From positions 70,437 to 134,436 of the IMG/VR virus record IMGVR_UViG_3300036790_000408: 64,000 nt of DNA; one strand, 5' to 3'. Within the stretch, counting starts at the first letter, position 1. Each line of letters opens with the position of its first letter. Both the position numbers and the translations under genes were made by a program. Under the pieces are notes generated by a model, which was given only the letters and a program-made list of their open reading frames with translations, made no database searches and was not told where the DNA came from. This document shows, one piece after another, positions 35,473-44,792 of the stretch. The DNA is from a virus.

Positions 35473-35991
35473 ATGATCTGGTTGCTCTCATCGAGCTCAG
35501 ATCGGCGCGCTCTCGATGTGGTAGATGGCACCGGCATCTGTGTTGGACATGGTCCGCATTACTCACGCCGCACGCCGGGCAGCAAAACGTTTACCGGCGT
35601 CGGACAAGAGATTGTGCTGGTAACTGATTGCGGTCGAGCCGTTTGGGCTTGTGTTCGACAAAAGACACCTATGGCGCCCGGAACCGGCGCTAGCCGCGGT
35701 CGAGATGGCCAGACCGACCAAAAGGCGCGCTACCTGTGGCGCAACATGATGTTCAGGAACCTTGGTGCCGGCCTGTCGTCGGACCTGATCCGCGAAGCTT
35801 ATGCGATGACATTGACAGAATGGCAACGACGATACGGCATCCTTCCGGATGAACGACTTCGAACAGAGATAGGCGTGAAGCATATTGCTTCGCGCAACCC
35901 TGGATACTGCTATCTCATGGCCGGCTGGGAAAAGGGAGCTACCAGAAACGGCAAGTTATTCCTATGGGCTCCACTGGAAGCGAGGCTCTGA
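35473..35991 (+). CDS. Conserved phage protein, possibly Mom-like GNAT DNA-modification enzyme
   Basis: HYSRR near the N-terminus, FRN...LSSDLIREA, and NPGYCYLMAGW..G.T, which parallels the C-terminal motif of Mom-type proteins. Function is inference. Confidence 0.5.
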   Translation: MIWLLSSSSDRRALDVVDGTGICVGHGPHYSRRTPGSKTFTGVGQEIVLVTDCGRAVWACVRQKTPMAPGTGASRGRDGQTDQKARYLWRNMMFRNLGAGLSSDLIREAYAMTLTEWQRRYGILPDERLRTEIGVKHIASRNPGYCYLMAGWEKGATRNGKLFLWAPLEARL

Positions 35992-36302
35992 TGCTGAGAC
36001 CGCAGCACACGCGCGCCCTAATGTCGGCCGTCGGTTTTATGACGTCTGGCGGGACCGGCGGCGTACCTGAGTCGAGGGTGACGAACGCCATCGATGCGGC
36101 AACAATAATGGCCTCTGCGCCAGCCCTGGCTGAATGGATACCATTCTCACACCGGGAGCTGCATATGCTTTGGGTCGCGCTGGAAAATGGCGCCGAAGCC
36201 ATCCTCCAACCCTCATCCGGAATGCGCCCAGATCAACGCAGAGCGTTCCGCAGCGTCGCCAACCGGATTGGTGATGCTGTCGGCAGCCGGCTGAAATTCT
36301 AA
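35991..36302 (+). CDS. Hypothetical protein
   Basis: TGATG-coupled ORF. Confidence 0.5.
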   Translation: MLRPQHTRALMSAVGFMTSGGTGGVPESRVTNAIDAATIMASAPALAEWIPFSHRELHMLWVALENGAEAILQPSSGMRPDQRRAFRSVANRIGDAVGSRLKF

Positions 36303-36314
36303 AGGAACAAAACA

Positions 36315-36521
36315 ATGGGCGACGTGACCTTCCTGCCGTGCCCGTTCTGCGGCAAGGAACCCGATACCGTACAGAGTAAAAGCTCACCGATATGGTGGCG
36401 CCTCTATCACCGCTGTGAAGTGATCGGATATTTCGAGATCAACTGGCGCCAAGCCAAGCAGGAGCTCGCCGACACCTGGAACACCAGAGCCGATGTAGGA
36501 ATATATACCCAGGATAAATAA
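36315..36521 (+). CDS. Lar-family (restriction alleviation)-like Zn-ribbon protein
   Basis: LPCPFCG...ADTWNTRA; AGGA RBS. Confidence 0.72.
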   Translation: MGDVTFLPCPFCGKEPDTVQSKSSPIWWRLYHRCEVIGYFEINWRQAKQELADTWNTRADVGIYTQDK

Positions 36522-36544
36522 TTACAGAAACTATGCATTTACCC

Positions 36545-36573
36545 TTGCGTCTACCAGTATAACTTGGTATACT
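36545..36573 (+). promoter_or_regulatory. Sigma70-type promoter TTGCGT-N17-TATACT
   Basis: AT-rich upstream element; TACCA-N8-TGGTA inverted repeat across the spacer; precedes a GGAGG RBS and the 36602 ORF. Confidence 0.6.
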
Positions 36574-36601
36574 TCTAGTCCTCACCAGATGGAGGCAGCA
36601 A

Positions 36602-36784
36602 ATGTCCAAGTGGTTCACGAACGAAGAGATATTAGCCCTAGTAATGGCCGATACCTTGCCACAGAGCTTCCATGACACCGTCGAGGCCCGCTACTACCGG
36701 AAGAACCATCCGGAGAAGAACCCCCCGCCGCCGGTGACACCACGGGAACCGGAAGTGTCACCACAACTGGAATTGGCCCTCTGA
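36602..36784 (+). CDS. Hypothetical protein
   Basis: 60 aa with a GGAGG RBS. Confidence 0.55.
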   Translation: MSKWFTNEEILALVMADTLPQSFHDTVEARYYRKNHPEKNPPPPVTPREPEVSPQLELAL

Positions 36785-36785
36785 A

Positions 36786-37241
36786 GTGAGCGATCCAATT
36801 GAAAGGAGGATAAGCAGTCGAGAAGGGTGGGTCTACGTGGCGACCCACCCGGCCTGGTCGAGGGTCGGTATGGTCAAGATCGGCATGACCACCCGCACGC
36901 CCCAGGGTCGGCTCGCCGAGATAACCTCCGTCTCCGGCCTGCTTAAACCTGCGACCATCCACTACTGCGTCTACGTGCCGGATTGCCGTCGAGCCGAACG
37001 CTTCATCCATTTGCAACTGGATGACTGCCGCGCGTCCCGGCGCCGGGAGTTCTTCAAGATCGACCCCGACAAGGCGGCGCAGATCATCGATAGCTGTCAC
37101 CCCCTGGCGATGCAGGTCACCATCACATCGCCGTCCAGGCGCAGGGTGGTCTATCGGCGCCCCTCGAAGATCCTGGTAGCCTTCGTGCTCACGGTCCTGA
37201 CCTGTGTCGGCACCGTGATTGTCGCTTGGTCCAGTCAGTAA
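36786..37241 (+). CDS. GIY-YIG (T5orf172-like) domain protein with C-terminal TM segment
   Basis: GWVYVA...VKIGMTTRTPQGRLAEI...AERFIH..L...REFF. Confidence 0.8.
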   Translation: MSDPIERRISSREGWVYVATHPAWSRVGMVKIGMTTRTPQGRLAEITSVSGLLKPATIHYCVYVPDCRRAERFIHLQLDDCRASRRREFFKIDPDKAAQIIDSCHPLAMQVTITSPSRRRVVYRRPSKILVAFVLTVLTCVGTVIVAWSSQ

Positions 37242-37268
37242 CTACGAAACGCAAACAAATTTAGGTGT

Positions 37269-37685
37269 ATGATGGAAGAATTTAGGCCAACGATCTGCAT
37301 CGACTTCGATGGCGTAATCCACAGCTATGAGCGTGGATGGCAAGACGGCGTAATCTATGGGGAGGTCGTTCCAGGCTTCTTCGAGTGGGTTGAAACAGTG
37401 CGCGATCGGGTCTCGTTGGTGATCTACTCATCAAGGTCAAAGTCAGATGAGGGCGTGCTGGCAATGGGCATCTGGCTGCATGAGAAACGCAACGCCTGGA
37501 TCATGGGCGGTGGTCATCGCGATCCAATCAAACCTCTCACGTTCGAATTCGCGCACGAGAAGCCGGCAGCTTGGCTCACGATAGACGATCGCGCCATATG
37601 CTTTCGCGGCGACTGGGCGGCGCCAGAGTTGACCAAATCTGCAATCCTCGCGTTCAAGCCATGGAATGCCAGGAAAACGAAATAA
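37269..37685 (+). CDS. HAD-superfamily hydrolase (phage type)
   Basis: [21 protein letters not shown] and IDDRA. Confidence 0.8.
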   Translation: MMEEFRPTICIDFDGVIHSYERGWQDGVIYGEVVPGFFEWVETVRDRVSLVIYSSRSKSDEGVLAMGIWLHEKRNAWIMGGGHRDPIKPLTFEFAHEKPAAWLTIDDRAICFRGDWAAPELTKSAILAFKPWNARKTK

Positions 37686-37697
37686 CCGGAGGAACCA

Positions 37698-37889
37698 ATG
37701 AAATTCGGCATGAGAACGCCCAGCCTGAAAAAACGCCTTGCCGCGCGCACCTCGTGGAAGCGCTACGTGCGGCACTCTCTCGGCTTCAAGGCGCCGCGTG
37801 GCTGGGGATGGATAACAAATCCCAAACGAGCCGCCTATAACCGGGTGTATCATCGCACGACGTTCGACATCTTCCGGTTCTTTCGCTAG
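37698..37889 (+). CDS. Small basic conserved phage protein
   Basis: MKFGMRTPSLKKRLAARTS...GWITNPKRAAYNRVY pattern. Confidence 0.65.
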   Translation: MKFGMRTPSLKKRLAARTSWKRYVRHSLGFKAPRGWGWITNPKRAAYNRVYHRTTFDIFRFFR

Positions 37890-37960
37890 TAGCTTGAAAC
37901 GAGCCGGCCAATCTCTTAACCTCAAGGCGCACAGCCAAAAACCCATCGAAGGGAACGAAC

Positions 37961-38308
37961 ATGACCATCAAGTCAACGCTCATCGTCTCGGCTCTGGCTA
38001 TCGCTCTCCCGCTCGCCCCTGCGCTCGCCGGCGGTAATGGCGGCCATGGAGGCACCGTTGTCGTCCATGGGAATGGCGGCTGGCACGGCGGATACGCGGG
38101 TCATCCCTATTATGGCGGAGGCTGGCACGGTGGCGGCGGTGGATGGGGCTGCGGATGGGGCTGCGGTCTCGGGGTTGGCGCTGGCGTCGCGGCCCTCGGT
38201 GCGCTCGCATGGGGACTGGCTACGCCCGGTTATGGTTACGCCCCACCCGTTGTTGTCCGTCAGCCGCAGTTGGTGTGCAATCAGTTCGGGCAGTGCTGGT
38301 ATCAGTGA
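37961..38308 (+). CDS. Secreted/membrane Gly-rich protein
   Basis: Signal peptide, GGWHGG repeats and a hydrophobic segment. Confidence 0.6.
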   Translation: MTIKSTLIVSALAIALPLAPALAGGNGGHGGTVVVHGNGGWHGGYAGHPYYGGGWHGGGGGWGCGWGCGLGVGAGVAALGALAWGLATPGYGYAPPVVVRQPQLVCNQFGQCWYQ

Positions 38309-39667
38309 TCAGGCTGCCGGGATCGACGCCATCCGCGTCAAAGCCTCGCTTACGTCCCTGATGACCGACTCCCAATCTCCGGGGGTCGGTTGACGCCATA
38401 GCCGCGCGGTCGGATACCATTCCGAGTGCAATCCCTGCATCCCCCAGCGCCACTCTGACGGCTTCGCCAGCATGATCCAGGTCGGTTTGCCCAGCGTCGC
38501 GGCGAGGTGTCCCACCGCAGTGTCGACCGTAATCACCAGATCGAGGTTCAGAATGTGCTCGGCGGTATCCTGCCATCCCCTGACGCCGGTCAAGAGCTTC
38601 ACGTCCGCCCCCAGCGCCGCCGTCTCCTCCTCGGTCTGATCCAACTGCAGGCTATAGAAGGCGCATTTCGGCGAAGCTAGTAGGCGAAGTATCTGCCGCA
38701 CCTGCATTGATCGGCGCGCATCAGCCCGATGTTCCTTGCGCCCATGCCAGCATATCCCCACCTTCAAACAATCAGCCGGCTCGGTGTAAAAAAACATGTC
38801 GCGCCTAGCTTTGACGCGACGATCTTCGACCTTGAAGTCGGTCGGCGGCGGCAGCAATTTCGTGCCGTAGATCATTGGCAGATCGATCATACCGACATGC
38901 ATGGCGTGCGGCGGAAATTCCCGAAACTGCGAAATAACCCGGTTTTTCGGAAATGCACGCACGAACATCTTCGTGATCTCCGGGCAACTGGCGATGACAA
39001 CGTCACTACACTGCTCGTTGACGTAGGGGATGAAGCGCGAGAACTGGATGCAGTCGCCAAACCCGCCCTCGGTCATGACGATCAAAGTGCCGTTGCGCAG
39101 CCTTTGCCCGGCCCACTCTGCGCTACAGGGCCGCGGGTCGATGCCGGTGAACACCTTCTTGCGCCAAGCATACTCGCGCCATCCTGGCTCGTACTCGCGG
39201 CGGTGGAGCAACAGCTCGCCCATCGCCATATGCGCCCTGGGATTGGTCCAGTCATGAGCTAAGGCTCGGAGGATCAGGGCTTCTGAGCGCTGGCTGCAAT
39301 CGTCCTGGCTGATGTTGGCAGCCGCGATGGCCATGTTGACAAGACCGTCCACGTCAACCACATCGAGCTGCTGTGCGATGTCGCCGCAAACCAGACATCC
39401 GGTATAATTATGCAGGTAGAAGTGGGATTTGCTGAGGGCCCACCACCATACTCCCTGACGCTGGTCGATCGCGATCGCTTTGTCATAGAATTTGACCGCT
39501 TCAAGCCATTCCCCCTTACAGTGATGGATGTCGGCCAACATGGCAAAGACCTGTGGGTTGTCGCCCATAGCCTCCAGCATATCCTCACATATACCCCGAG
39601 CCTCGCCATAGTGTTTGCGCTCGATCGCGACGCTGACCTTGTCGTACGACAGCAGATCGAGGTCCAT
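38309..39667 (-). CDS. TPR-repeat glycosyltransferase (GT-B, family 9-like C-terminus)
   Basis: N-terminal TPRs; EGGFGDCIQFSRFI, VGICWHG and LDLVITVDTAVGHLAATLGKP. True start is ATG 39667 (TGATG overlap with the upstream giant gene). Confidence 0.85.
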   Translation of the reverse strand: MDLDLLSYDKVSVAIERKHYGEARGICEDMLEAMGDNPQVFAMLADIHHCKGEWLEAVKFYDKAIAIDQRQGVWWWALSKSHFYLHNYTGCLVCGDIAQQLDVVDVDGLVNMAIAAANISQDDCSQRSEALILRALAHDWTNPRAHMAMGELLLHRREYEPGWREYAWRKKVFTGIDPRPCSAEWAGQRLRNGTLIVMTEGGFGDCIQFSRFIPYVNEQCSDVVIASCPEITKMFVRAFPKNRVISQFREFPPHAMHVGMIDLPMIYGTKLLPPPTDFKVEDRRVKARRDMFFYTEPADCLKVGICWHGRKEHRADARRSMQVRQILRLLASPKCAFYSLQLDQTEEETAALGADVKLLTGVRGWQDTAEHILNLDLVITVDTAVGHLAATLGKPTWIMLAKPSEWRWGMQGLHSEWYPTARLWRQPTPGDWESVIRDVSEALTRMASIPAA

Positions 39668-42600
39668 CAGGTAAACAGCCCCACCGACTGCCGCACCATA
39701 AGCCCGAGACTGGCTTGGTCGGCGCTGGACATCGTTCCAGAGTAAATTGCAAATGCGCCCATCACCGGCAGCGCATTGCCGCCAGGCTGATTGAGGTAAT
39801 TCGACACCGACGCGCCCCAGCCACAGGTCGTGCAATCGAACGCCGTGGTGTCGGTGATCGTGCCGGCCTGCATCGCCCCGCCGTTCAATTGCCAGGAGAA
39901 CGAGGCGCCATTCTTGACTAGAGTGCTGCTGCCCCATTGGCTCGACGTCAAACCGACACTCGGGCTGACGAATTCACCGGAAGCGGCATCGTCGTACTGT
40001 GCGGCGAACTGGCCGGCGTGCCAACGTCCAGCGGTCAGATAATTGACCGTGCTGCTGGTCAGCCACGAGCCCCAGAGCAGCCCAGCGCCGTAACCCGCAT
40101 TCACCCCACCATCGACCGTGACATCGACATAGAAGGCCTGCGCGATCACGTACGCCCCAGTGGTCATGTTGGTCGTGTTCGGCAGGGTGATCAGCGGATC
40201 GTTGACGTTGTTCGGGCTGTTCCCGACCGTGCCGGCAGTGAAAAAATTCGCGTTCGGGTCCAACTGATTGTCGAGGATGCTGGTCGGCGTCATTTTCACC
40301 AGCGAGCGCAGGCCGTCAGAGCCGCTGGTGCGCTGCATCGGCGCCGCGGGGCCTACGGCAGCCTTGGCGAGATTGAACGCCTGTGGCGCCTGCGTAAGGG
40401 CTGGCGGCACACTGGCAATCGGCGCCGGCGGCAGATCGAGTGGGCCCAGCACCATGAACCGGCCGGAGCCATACGCGTCGTTGATCTGCAGCACGTTGCC
40501 GTTCTGATCGAGCGTCGTGCAAGCCGGATTGGCCGGATCGAAATAGAACAGCAGTCCCGCGCCCGATACCACGTTCGGCGTGAACGCGGAGACAGTGAAC
40601 GCGCCCATCTTGCCGACGACGGACGGGATCTGAGTGTCGCGGATTTGGCAATAACCGGCTGGAATGGACTGGGCTGGCAGGCCGGCGGCGTAGGTGGCGC
40701 TGCCGGTGTACGTGTTCTGGTTTAGGCCAAGATTTGCCGCCGGGATCGTGCTCCAGGTCGCGCCGTTGTTGAAGGTGACATCGATCGACGTCGGAATGCC
40801 GCCAACCCAGATGAAGTTGAGCGGGATCGGCTGATTAGCCACCTGCTGATTGAGCGTGAACAGCGTAAAGGCGTAATTGAGCAGCGTTTGGTTGAGGATG
40901 GTGACGCCAACCGGCCTGGTGGTCGTATTGACCGTGCCGTCACTCCAATCGACCGTCAGCGTCTTGCCGGCGGACAATGCCCAGTTGCCCGGCGCCGCGG
41001 TCCAAGTGCCGTTGGTTTGCGGCTGAAGTTGGATCGGACCGCCGGGAACCGATGCGAGATCCACGATACCGCCGCCGGTAACCGAGTCTGTGTTGACCGT
41101 AAAACTGACCGATCCGGTGATCGGCGCGCTGGCGCTGACCGTGGTATCCTCGATCAACAGCGTATTGGTGCCCAGCGCGGCACAGGACATCGGCACGGTG
41201 AGGATTTGCCCGGTCGCGTCCCAGGTCGGCGTCGCTGAAGCGACCGATACCGCCAACGGCGCCCCCGGTGTCGGCACGGTCGAATTGCCACCAGCCGTGG
41301 CGCCGGCCTGCGTCACGAAAGATACCTGCGCCGAACGAATGCCGCTGTCGCTGGTATCGAATATCTGGAAGCTCCAGGTTGTTGCGGTATTGAAATTGAA
41401 AGTGAACGTCGCAAGCTGGCCGGTGCTGTCCCAGGTAATCGTTCCGTTGTTGGAGAGGCCGGTTGAGAACGCGGTGACGGTGGTCCCATTGACAACGGTG
41501 GTCGGACTGGCGTCAGGCGGAGTGTAGAAAAGATTGTTCCGATTTGGAACGTAATTGAACCCGACCTGGATGCTGAATGGCGTTCCGGTCTTCTGATTGG
41601 GAATGGAGGCCGGCACGGTGATCGTCGCACCTGGTGGCAGGATGCAATAATTGGCCAGCGCGGTCGGCGTGCCGCCAGTGGTGCCGACCTCGATCAGGAT
41701 GTTGTTCTGCGGCGTGCCGGCGGGGGCTGATGGATTGTTAGCTTGATAGTTGAAGCCGACCTCAACCGCGCAGGCTTGCCCCTGAAGCTGATCTGGTATG
41801 GTCGGAAAGGTGATCGTCGCCGCCGCCGAGTTATTGACCGTGGTCGCCGCCAGATTGGCGTTGGTCGAATAGTACATCGTCGAGGCAACGAGGTTCGGCG
41901 AGCCATTGACGGGGGTGTTGCCGGTGCCGGTCGAGCTCCCGGCCGGAGCCGGAGCGGTCAGGTTCATTGTCGCCGAGAACGAGCCGCCGGATAGCTTCGC
42001 CAGCACCACGATCGGTGAAGTGGCGAGATTGTACTGGCTCGGGGCCCAGGCCAGCCAAATGTTCGAAATGGTGCCGGTGTACGAGCCGCTGATCAGTTGC
42101 GAGCCGGCGACCAGTGGGCTCGGCACGTTGACCGTGACCGATGGCGCGATCACCACCGGATTGAGCAGAGACGTGAGGGCCGCGCTGTTCGCCGTGGCCA
42201 GGGTCACGTGGCCGGCTGGCGTCGGGTAGATGTTGCCCGATTGAAGCTGACCATTGGTCCGCATCGCCGCGGCAAATGTGCCGCCATGATCCACCGTCTG
42301 AATGTTGCTGCCGGCGGTATTCGCTTGAGCGACCGCGGCGAGCAGGCAAGTGACGTACGTGGCGCCGGTAGCGAATGCGGTCGAGTCCTCCAGGCCAAAC
42401 GGGATTTCCAGCACGATAAGCGTCGCGGTCGAGGATGCCGCTCGGAGCGCGGCGAATGCGGCGACCATTCTGGCCTGTAGCGTGGCCACAGCAACCGCCG
42501 CGGTGCAGTCGGCTTCGGCCAGACAGATCCAGATCACGTTGGGCGGGGTGTTCGCCGCTCCCTGGGCACTGATCAATCCACTCACGAGACCAGTCTGCCC

Positions 42601-44259
42601 GGCCGGGTCGACCAAATCCCATAGGCTGTTTCCCGTCGCGGCATAGTACTGCAGCCCGGTTTCGCCCGAGGTGACCGTCCAGCCATCGCCGTTCGAGGCC
42701 TGCACTGCGACATCCCAGTTGGTGAAGCCAAGGCTCTTGGCCATCAGGAACGGGTAAGCGTTGGTGGCAAATGTGCCGTTCGGCTGCATCAAGCCGTCGC
42801 CGACCATCAGCATCCATTTCGATGGGGTGGCAGGGGCGGTGCCCGAGGTCGAGCCGCTGTCGATCACCGCGCTGGTGAGCGTGATGTGGGTCAGGGCCTC
42901 ACTGTCTTCCGACAGGTAAATCCGCACCCAGTTGGCGCCGCTGTTCACTAGCCCAGTCAGAACCTTGAGCACGGTGCCGCCGGTCAGTGCCACGCCCTGG
43001 CTGACGATCGCGCCATTGATCAGGATATCGAACAGCGGTGTGCCGCCGGTCGAGGCGACGTTGTAAAACAGCGTTGCGGCCGAGCTTCCGGTGAAGGAGA
43101 AGTCCCAGAACGCCCCGCACCATGAAGTGGACATCGATGCCGCCGGCGCGCGGCCAGTGCTGCTGTACCAGTTGTATGGGGAGAAACGAAAAGATTTATC
43201 GGTGGGCGCAACCGTCGTCGTCGTGCCCGCGACAGCGACGTAATTGATCGTCAGGACACCAGACTGGATACCGCTCGATGCGCTTGAAACGGCGATGATG
43301 TGGGTCGCCAGCGTGTTGCCGGCGCTGGTCAGGGCGATAGTCGCGGTCAGGTTGTTGTTTGACAGCGTGACGGTGCCAACCGGCGTCGAGTACGCTATCG
43401 CTTCGGTGGTCAGACCAACACTGATCAGCACGTCCGCCACGCTGGCGAACGGGCCGCCTGTCGCGGTCACCACCACGGTGAGCGGCTTGGTCACTGTCGC
43501 CGGGTTAGGCGTCGCCACCGGCGTGCTGATGGCGGTCATCGGGTTGGTCACCACCGTGCCGCCGTCGAGGTTGGTGTACCCGGTCTGCGGATAGGTTAGG
43601 GATTGCCCGGAGCCGCCGCCAAGACAGGTCACGGTGAAGCCGCCGAGCCACCAGCCAAGAGTCCGGAACGTGATGGTCTCGCCGGCAAAGGCGGCGATGC
43701 TGAACGTGCCGGTATTGTAGCCGCTGGTGGTGACCGGAGAGCCACTCTCGATGATGGTGACTTCGCCGTTGCTGTCGTGATAAATCCATGAAATCAGGTT
43801 ATCGACCCGATCGACCAGCATGGTTAGAATGCCGTTGGCGTGCCAGATGGACGGCGCGGCATTGATCGGAAGATTGTAGGGTGAGCTGGTGAATTTGCCG
43901 GCGACCGGGTCCACATCGCCCTGTGGGTCAGCTAGAATGGCTCCTGTGTTACCACCCTCGTCGTGCAGGGAAATGCCCAGGTTGTAGGACATCAGTATGT
44001 TGTTGCTGAGATTTCCGACCTGGCAGATGCCGATTTCGAGCGCGCTCTGCAGGAAAGCGTAACTGCCGGGTGGGGTGCCGAGCTTGAACTCCATCTGCGT
44101 TTTCTGGCCGGCGGGGAAGGTCTGCGCGCCGACCGCCCCGGTGACATTGGAACTCGGGTTGGTCGCATTCTGCGTGCGCCCCGGGTTGGGATCCGTGCAA
44201 ACGTTCCCGGATGGGCTCCAGGAGGTGTTATCGAACGAGGTGGTCGACCATGTGGCCAT
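39667..44259 (-). CDS. 1530-aa Thr/Ser/Gly-rich multidomain beta protein (putative receptor-binding/fibre or adhesin) with a degenerate SGNH domain and a C-terminal lectin-like domain
   Basis: No signal peptide. N-terminal SPRY/ConA-like region, CE2-like region (WCGAFWDFSFTG), SGNH-like blocks, internal beta repeats and a C-terminal LLFYFDP..LamG-like region. Confidence 0.65.
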   Translation of the reverse strand: MATWSTTSFDNTSWSPSGNVCTDPNPGRTQNATNPSSNVTGAVGAQTFPAGQKTQMEFKLGTPPGSYAFLQSALEIGICQVGNLSNNILMSYNLGISLHDEGGNTGAILADPQGDVDPVAGKFTSSPYNLPINAAPSIWHANGILTMLVDRVDNLISWIYHDSNGEVTIIESGSPVTTSGYNTGTFSIAAFAGETITFRTLGWWLGGFTVTCLGGGSGQSLTYPQTGYTNLDGGTVVTNPMTAISTPVATPNPATVTKPLTVVVTATGGPFASVADVLISVGLTTEAIAYSTPVGTVTLSNNNLTATIALTSAGNTLATHIIAVSSASSGIQSGVLTINYVAVAGTTTTVAPTDKSFRFSPYNWYSSTGRAPAASMSTSWCGAFWDFSFTGSSAATLFYNVASTGGTPLFDILINGAIVSQGVALTGGTVLKVLTGLVNSGANWVRIYLSEDSEALTHITLTSAVIDSGSTSGTAPATPSKWMLMVGDGLMQPNGTFATNAYPFLMAKSLGFTNWDVAVQASNGDGWTVTSGETGLQYYAATGNSLWDLVDPAGQTGLVSGLISAQGAANTPPNVIWICLAEADCTAAVAVATLQARMVAAFAALRAASSTATLIVLEIPFGLEDSTAFATGATYVTCLLAAVAQANTAGSNIQTVDHGGTFAAAMRTNGQLQSGNIYPTPAGHVTLATANSAALTSLLNPVVIAPSVTVNVPSPLVAGSQLISGSYTGTISNIWLAWAPSQYNLATSPIVVLAKLSGGSFSATMNLTAPAPAGSSTGTGNTPVNGSPNLVASTMYYSTNANLAATTVNNSAAATITFPTIPDQLQGQACAVEVGFNYQANNPSAPAGTPQNNILIEVGTTGGTPTALANYCILPPGATITVPASIPNQKTGTPFSIQVGFNYVPNRNNLFYTPPDASPTTVVNGTTVTAFSTGLSNNGTITWDSTGQLATFTFNFNTATTWSFQIFDTSDSGIRSAQVSFVTQAGATAGGNSTVPTPGAPLAVSVASATPTWDATGQILTVPMSCAALGTNTLLIEDTTVSASAPITGSVSFTVNTDSVTGGGIVDLASVPGGPIQLQPQTNGTWTAAPGNWALSAGKTLTVDWSDGTVNTTTRPVGVTILNQTLLNYAFTLFTLNQQVANQPIPLNFIWVGGIPTSIDVTFNNGATWSTIPAANLGLNQNTYTGSATYAAGLPAQSIPAGYCQIRDTQIPSVVGKMGAFTVSAFTPNVVSGAGLLFYFDPANPACTTLDQNGNVLQINDAYGSGRFMVLGPLDLPPAPIASVPPALTQAPQAFNLAKAAVGPAAPMQRTSGSDGLRSLVKMTPTSILDNQLDPNANFFTAGTVGNSPNNVNDPLITLPNTTNMTTGAYVIAQAFYVDVTVDGGVNAGYGAGLLWGSWLTSSTVNYLTAGRWHAGQFAAQYDDAASGEFVSPSVGLTSSQWGSSTLVKNGASFSWQLNGGAMQAGTITDTTAFDCTTCGWGASVSNYLNQPGGNALPVMGAFAIYSGTMSSADQASLGLMVRQSVGLFT

Positions 44260-44402
44260 CAGGCAGAAGCTCCCATCAATTTCCGCCTTATGCCAGGAAT
44301 TGTGTCGAGTCTGCCACCCTAGGCAAAATCCTTGCCGCGAATGGGAGGGTCACTTAATATGCTCACGGGGATGACTACTCTGTTACAGAAGAAATATCAG
44401 AT

Positions 44403-44783
44403 GTGGCTCCGCCACCCAACAGAGCGACTAGGATATTAGAAATGCTCGACGTTGAAAAAGCAGATGACGCTTGGGATTACGCTTTCAAAAATGTGTCCGA
44501 AGACAAGCTTGATCGAGTAGGGAAAAGCTTACTCAGAAGCCTGAATAAACGTCACTTTCGTTTAGCCCAAAAATTACACGCCACCGGCCGCACCGATCTG
44601 CGTGATTTGGTTTTTAGAGGGGAAATGAAGACGGCAACGGCGTTGAGGCTTGCAGAGGGGCGACCAGGGATACCTCCTCGATATGTGGCGCTCAAGCGCG
44701 CCTGGAATTTAGCAAGCCCGGAAGATCGTCGGAAGCTACTTTTGGAAGCCGCGGCCAATGGCGCGGATATGAAAATCGATTAG
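44403..44783 (+). CDS. Hypothetical protein
   Basis: First gene of the operon divergent from the giant gene. Confidence 0.5.
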   Translation: MAPPPNRATRILEMLDVEKADDAWDYAFKNVSEDKLDRVGKSLLRSLNKRHFRLAQKLHATGRTDLRDLVFRGEMKTATALRLAEGRPGIPPRYVALKRAWNLASPEDRRKLLLEAAANGADMKID

Positions 44784-44792
44784 GAGACGCCT

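Noticed and set aside
11700-38300. att-flanked ICE inserted into a prophage
   Set aside because: No integrase and no flanking direct repeats found by eye. This cannot be fully excluded without an alignment.
39668-39937. N-terminal extension of the 542-aa ORF 38309-39937
   Set aside because: It overlaps the 3' end of the giant gene; the coupled ATG 39667 is the better start.
39937-42817. ORFs 39937-40725 (+) and 41831-42817 (-)
   Set aside because: Alternative-frame shadows within the 1530-aa gene, with Arg/Pro-rich composition typical of non-coding frames.
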